Program-made: the position numbers and the translations under genes | Notes under the pieces: generated by a model | The model's input: the letters and a program-made list of their open reading frames with translations, nothing else | What the model was told of the DNA's origin: nothing | Database searches by the model: none | Assembly (NCBI GenBank): GCA_045615765.1 | Contig: JAZLFM010000054.1 | Location: 38,265-102,264 of the forward strand | DNA: 64,000 nt | Direction: 5' to 3' | From: Bacteroidales bacterium | Lineage (GTDB): Bacteria > Bacteroidota > Bacteroidia > Bacteroidales > UBA1715 | In this document: positions 60,097 through 64,000 of the stretch, piece by piece | How the letters are laid out: every line of letters begins with the position of its first letter | Position numbering within the stretch: the stretch's first letter is position 1

Positions 60097-61077
60097 CTAC
60101 GATAATTTTGCCCGTAACTTTTGTACCTCTTCTTGTAAATCTATTGCAAAATTTGCCGACAATTCATCACAATCATTTATTGTCTTCTCTACAAACAATC
60201 TATATTCACGACTCTCGGGATTAAAAGGTCTATGAGCAACAGCTTGTTTTATTGCCTGTACTTTTTTTAACAATGTACCTGTTTCCTGCGATAAATAGGT
60301 ATTTTGAAATTGTTCCCAAATATATTCCACAGCCTGCGCGCTTGGATGTAACATATCGTCGGCATAAAATCTATAATCCCGCAAATCATCTAACAATAAT
60401 TCATAAGCAGGAAAATAATCGATACCATCACAACGATTCTGCAACTCATCGATAGCCAACAACAAGGTAGATTTACTTATTTGATTTTGATGAGCTCCAT
60501 CTTTCCAATGACGAATTGGACTGACAGTAAAAATAACATGAAGATCAGGATGTTGCTCCCGTAACAATGCAACAGTTTCTTCCAAAACCGATACACATTC
60601 CTCTACCGACAAACGTCGACGAACAAACTTATTTGCAGGAACCTTATGACAATTACATACAATTTCTCCTGTATCTTTATACTGATACACCCATGCTGTC
60701 CCTAATGTTATCAGCACATAATCTACAGACACAAACTTATTCTTATATAAATCCAATTGTGACTGTACTGACTGAAAGACGGACTCTTTTTGTACCGAAG
60801 AAAAAGATGTATGTAGTAAAAACGATTGCCAAATATCATTCAAAGAAAACACATCGTTCTCTTGCAAACTTCGTTTTCCTAATAATAACTCCACATTCGT
60901 TTTTATTGAATATGGATTATAAATTGTACCAAACGGATTTACTAAAATAGGAAACTTATATTCAGCAAGACGGTTTCCTATAGTTTCAGAGAAACAAGAG
61001 CCAAAAGAAATCCCTCGTTGTGCATACGAAATCGCATATGCACTTCGAGGGACATCTATTTGTGTGCGAAATTGCAT
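60097..61077 (-). CDS. GSCFA-domain protein
   Basis: The eponymous GSCFSE motif lies near the N-terminus. The start overlaps the gltX stop by 1 nt (TAATG). Confidence 0.75.
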   Translation of the reverse strand: MQFRTQIDVPRSAYAISYAQRGISFGSCFSETIGNRLAEYKFPILVNPFGTIYNPYSIKTNVELLLGKRSLQENDVFSLNDIWQSFLLHTSFSSVQKESVFQSVQSQLDLYKNKFVSVDYVLITLGTAWVYQYKDTGEIVCNCHKVPANKFVRRRLSVEECVSVLEETVALLREQHPDLHVIFTVSPIRHWKDGAHQNQISKSTLLLAIDELQNRCDGIDYFPAYELLLDDLRDYRFYADDMLHPSAQAVEYIWEQFQNTYLSQETGTLLKKVQAIKQAVAHRPFNPESREYRLFVEKTINDCDELSANFAIDLQEEVQKLRAKLS

Positions 61078-62615
61078 TATTCTGCAACTTTTATCGTATC
61101 CAATGCTTTTTGTACACGAGCTATTGTTTCGTCTTTTCCAATCATTTCGAAAATATCGAACAAATGGGCACCCATACCAGCACCAACAACAGCAAGACGC
61201 AAACAGTTACAAACTTGACCAACATTCCATTGTTTTTCTTGAATCAAAGCCATTGATTTTGCTTCCAACGTTGCCGAAGTATAATCAGTTTCTTGTTTTA
61301 AGAAATCTAAAAAATCTTGGATTTGAGCAGGAGCATCTGCTTTCCAACGTTTTTTAATTACTTTTTCATCGTATGATTCTGGAGCAACGAAGAAGTAATA
61401 TCCTTGTGACCATAAATCTTGTACAAAAACGATTCGCTCTTTTATCATATCGCATACCTTAGCGACATATTCCGAAGAAGCTTGTACATTCTTTTCTGCA
61501 AGAATTGGAGCAAATAAATTTGCCAATTCACTACCAGATTTACGACGTAGCCACTGTTGATTGAACCATTTTGTTTTTTCAGGATCGAATTTCGAACCAG
61601 ATTTTCCAACACGTTCAAGAGTGAATTCGTGTATCAATTCATCCATAGTGAAGATTTCTTGTTCTGTTCCAGGATTCCATCCCAACAAAGCAAGCATATT
61701 CACAAACGCTTCAGGCACATATCCTGTTTCTCTATAACCAGAAGCTGTCTCACCTTCATCGCCAACCCAAAACAAAGGGAACACAGGGAAACCAAGTTTA
61801 TCGCCATCACGTTTACTTAATTTTCCGTGCCCAACAGGTTTTAAGATAAGTGGAAGATGAGCAAATTTTGGCATTACATCTTCCCAACCTAATGCACGAT
61901 ATAATAACACATGCAAAGGCATACTTGACAACCATTCTTCACCACGAATCACATGAGAAATCTTCATCAAGTAATCATCTACAACATTAGCCAAATGATA
62001 AGTTGGCATACCATCTGATTTGTACAACACTTTATCATCCAATTCATTTGTATTGAAGTGAACATCCTTACGGATTTCATCATACAAATAAATATCTTGA
62101 TTTTCAGGCATTTTAAAACGAATCACAAAGTTTTCACCTGAATTCAATCGTTTTTCTACTTCTTCTTTACTCAAAGCCAATGAATTGCAAAGCTCCATTC
62201 TTGTTTTGTAATTGTACACAAATGGATTCTTTTCTTGCTCACCTTTCTCACGCAATTTTGCCAATTCTTCAGGAGTATCAAAAGCAAAATATGCATTACC
62301 TGATTCTATCAACTGATACGCATATTGCTTATACATTGGTTTTCTATCGCTTTGACGATATGGTCCATAAGGACCTTCTGGCGTTACACCAATACCTTCA
62401 TCGGGATTTATACCACACCATTTTAAAGATTCTACTATATATGCTTCTGCGTTTTTCACAAAACGAGTTTGATCGGTATCTTCTATACGAAGTAGAAAAT
62501 CACCACCATTTTTCTTTGCAAATAAATAATTGAATAATGCAGTACGAACACCACCCATGTGCAATGGTCCTGTTGGACTTGGTGCAAAACGTACGCGAAC
62601 TCTTCTTTCTGCCAT
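61077..62615 (-). CDS. gltX: Glutamate--tRNA ligase
   Basis: RFAPSPTGPLHMGGVRTALFNY (HIGH region) and KLSKR (KMSKS). 512 aa. Confidence 0.95.
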   Translation of the reverse strand: MAERRVRVRFAPSPTGPLHMGGVRTALFNYLFAKKNGGDFLLRIEDTDQTRFVKNAEAYIVESLKWCGINPDEGIGVTPEGPYGPYRQSDRKPMYKQYAYQLIESGNAYFAFDTPEELAKLREKGEQEKNPFVYNYKTRMELCNSLALSKEEVEKRLNSGENFVIRFKMPENQDIYLYDEIRKDVHFNTNELDDKVLYKSDGMPTYHLANVVDDYLMKISHVIRGEEWLSSMPLHVLLYRALGWEDVMPKFAHLPLILKPVGHGKLSKRDGDKLGFPVFPLFWVGDEGETASGYRETGYVPEAFVNMLALLGWNPGTEQEIFTMDELIHEFTLERVGKSGSKFDPEKTKWFNQQWLRRKSGSELANLFAPILAEKNVQASSEYVAKVCDMIKERIVFVQDLWSQGYYFFVAPESYDEKVIKKRWKADAPAQIQDFLDFLKQETDYTSATLEAKSMALIQEKQWNVGQVCNCLRLAVVGAGMGAHLFDIFEMIGKDETIARVQKALDTIKVAE

Positions 62616-62828
62616 TTCTTTTTAAATTTTGAGACAATTTAATGCATGCTGATTATCAAAGTATTACACAAAACAACATACAATTATGCGCGCAAATATA
62701 CGGCATTATTTTGAGTATGAAAATTTATTTTTCAAAACAACCATAGATAGATAATACAAAACAAATAAGATCTATAAAGAAACATAAAACGTTAATTTTT
62801 AGCTATTTGAGAGAATCCAACAACATAT

Positions 62829-62836
62829 TATATTTG
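62829..62836 (+). promoter_or_regulatory. -7 promoter box (TATATTTG) for the ORF6N gene
   Basis: tatatttg 26 nt upstream of the ATG at 62862. Confidence 0.5.
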
Positions 62837-62861
62837 CAACACACCTAAATTTATAACCAAT

Positions 62862-63452
62862 ATGCAGCAAAACGAAAAACTTCAAACATTAGGAATTGAA
62901 GACATTAAAACAAAAATTTATGAAGTTCGCGGCCTAAAAGTAATGTTAGACAAAGATTTAGCAGAATTATATCATATATCTACTGGTAATCTAAATAAGG
63001 CAGTAAAGAGAAATCTAGAACGTTTTCCCGAAGATTTTATGTTTAGACTTTCCGACGAAGAAAACAAAAACTTGATATTCCAAAATGGAATATCAAGACA
63101 TGGAGGTTCTCGATACACACCTTACGCATTCACTGAACTCGGTATAGCCATGCTTAGCAGCGTATTACAATCCCCTATCGCTATACAAACGAACATATTT
63201 ATAATGAGAACGTTTGTAATGTTAAAAAACAATATCTCTGAGCTTCAACAAACTAACAGTAAAATCGAACAACTTCGACTCGAAATTCACTCGTATATCG
63301 AAGATATTTTACATGATCAAAACGACATCAACGAGGATACTGCAACCCAACTAGAACTAATAAACAAAGCTATTGCAGAGTTACAAAACGAAAAAGTTAA
63401 CAGAGAAAAATTCAACAAAAGGAAACCTATCGGATTCAAAATAGAGAAATAA
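62862..63452 (+). CDS. ORF6N (KilA-N-like) domain protein with C-terminal coiled coil
   Basis: IYEVRGLKVMLDKDLAELYHISTGNLNKAVKRNLERFPEDFMFRLS is the ORF6N signature. Confidence 0.8.
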   Translation: MQQNEKLQTLGIEDIKTKIYEVRGLKVMLDKDLAELYHISTGNLNKAVKRNLERFPEDFMFRLSDEENKNLIFQNGISRHGGSRYTPYAFTELGIAMLSSVLQSPIAIQTNIFIMRTFVMLKNNISELQQTNSKIEQLRLEIHSYIEDILHDQNDINEDTATQLELINKAIAELQNEKVNREKFNKRKPIGFKIEK

Positions 63453-64000
63453 TTATTGTTCTCTCTTTTGCATATAGTTATCCCATTTCACGAAAATATT
63501 TGCCAAAATTGTTCCCGAAATTGAATGCCATACACACGACACCGCAGACACAAGAGCAGCCTCCGGCAATGTTGGGAAATGCTTTGTTGCCAAGTTTGTT
63601 GCCAAGCCAGCATTTTGCATACCTACTTCTATTGCAATAGTACGATTTTTAGCCTTCCCCATCTTCAATAGTTTTCCTATGGTAAAACCTAATAGATAAC
63701 CTAATGCATTATGACAAAATATCGCTATAAAAATCACAGCACCTGATGTAAAGAATGTACTTCCATTTGTGGCAACAACTCCACCTACGATACATGCTAA
63801 TCCGATAACAGAAACTCCAGGCATAACTAAACGTATGTCAACAAACGTTGCTTTTTTACCAAAGAAATAATTTAATAAAAAACCTATTGTTACCGGCATC
63901 AATGTCACCAACAATATAGATTTAAACATTCCCCAAGCGTCAACATCTATTGCTTCACCTGCAAGATTCAAGACTAAAATCGGAGTAACTATCGGCGCAA
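63453..64000 (-). CDS. Bile acid:sodium symporter (BASS) family transporter; 5' end outside the window
   Basis: C-terminal half with AIEVGMQNAGLA. The frame stays open from 63971 to the window edge (the ORF-track M is a TTG Leu codon). Confidence 0.8.
   Translation of the reverse strand, partial: APIVTPILVLNLAGEAIDVDAWGMFKSILLVTLMPVTIGFLLNYFFGKKATFVDIRLVMPGVSVIGLACIVGGVVATNGSTFFTSGAVIFIAIFCHNALGYLLGFTIGKLLKMGKAKNRTIAIEVGMQNAGLATNLATKHFPTLPEAALVSAVSCVWHSISGTILANIFVKWDNYMQKREQ

Overview
AT-rich chromosomal segment with clear Bacteroidota (Bacteroidales-like) hallmarks. These are TAnnTTTG -7 promoter boxes upstream of many genes, SusC/SusD-type outer-membrane genes, several proteins with type IX secretion (T9SS) C-terminal sorting domains, and the uppS-bamA-ompH-ompH block. 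I count about 60 protein-coding genes, 2 tRNA genes (Arg-TCT, Glu-TTC) and a set of hairpin plus T-run terminators. I saw no rRNA, CRISPR array, transposase, integrase or recognisable prophage. Most of the window is housekeeping: typA, efp, gltX, ribF, lysC, ahcY, coaX, uppS, bamA, HU, RNase G, L31, PpiD-like and LptC-like genes. Two real genes are missing from the ORF track. One is a roughly 930-codon type I restriction R subunit (hsdR) on the minus strand at 1-2792, whose stop lies outside the window. The other is a 29-codon, extremely basic bS22-like ribosomal protein at 9748-9837. The accessory or unusual content is listed here.
- An in-frame GC-rich palindrome plus tandem-repeat insert inside hsdR.
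- An orphan vsr gene.
- A HigA-like N-terminal fragment.
- An ORF6N gene.
- An unpaired SusD and an unpaired SusC next to T9SS-secreted GH8 and GH5 enzymes.
- A large T9SS adhesin with near-identical 120-bp repeats.
- A tightly coupled pair made of a coiled-coil / class III cyclase / HD-domain fusion protein and an unrecognisable 213-aa helical protein (53741-55716).
That pair is my best candidate for an undescribed signalling module. I cannot show from sequence alone that it is a novel system, and I found no complete known defence system. The ORF track uses alternative start codons and often over-extends N-termini, so I re-picked starts where the sequence supported it. Coordinates of small hand-located elements may be off by 1-2 nt.
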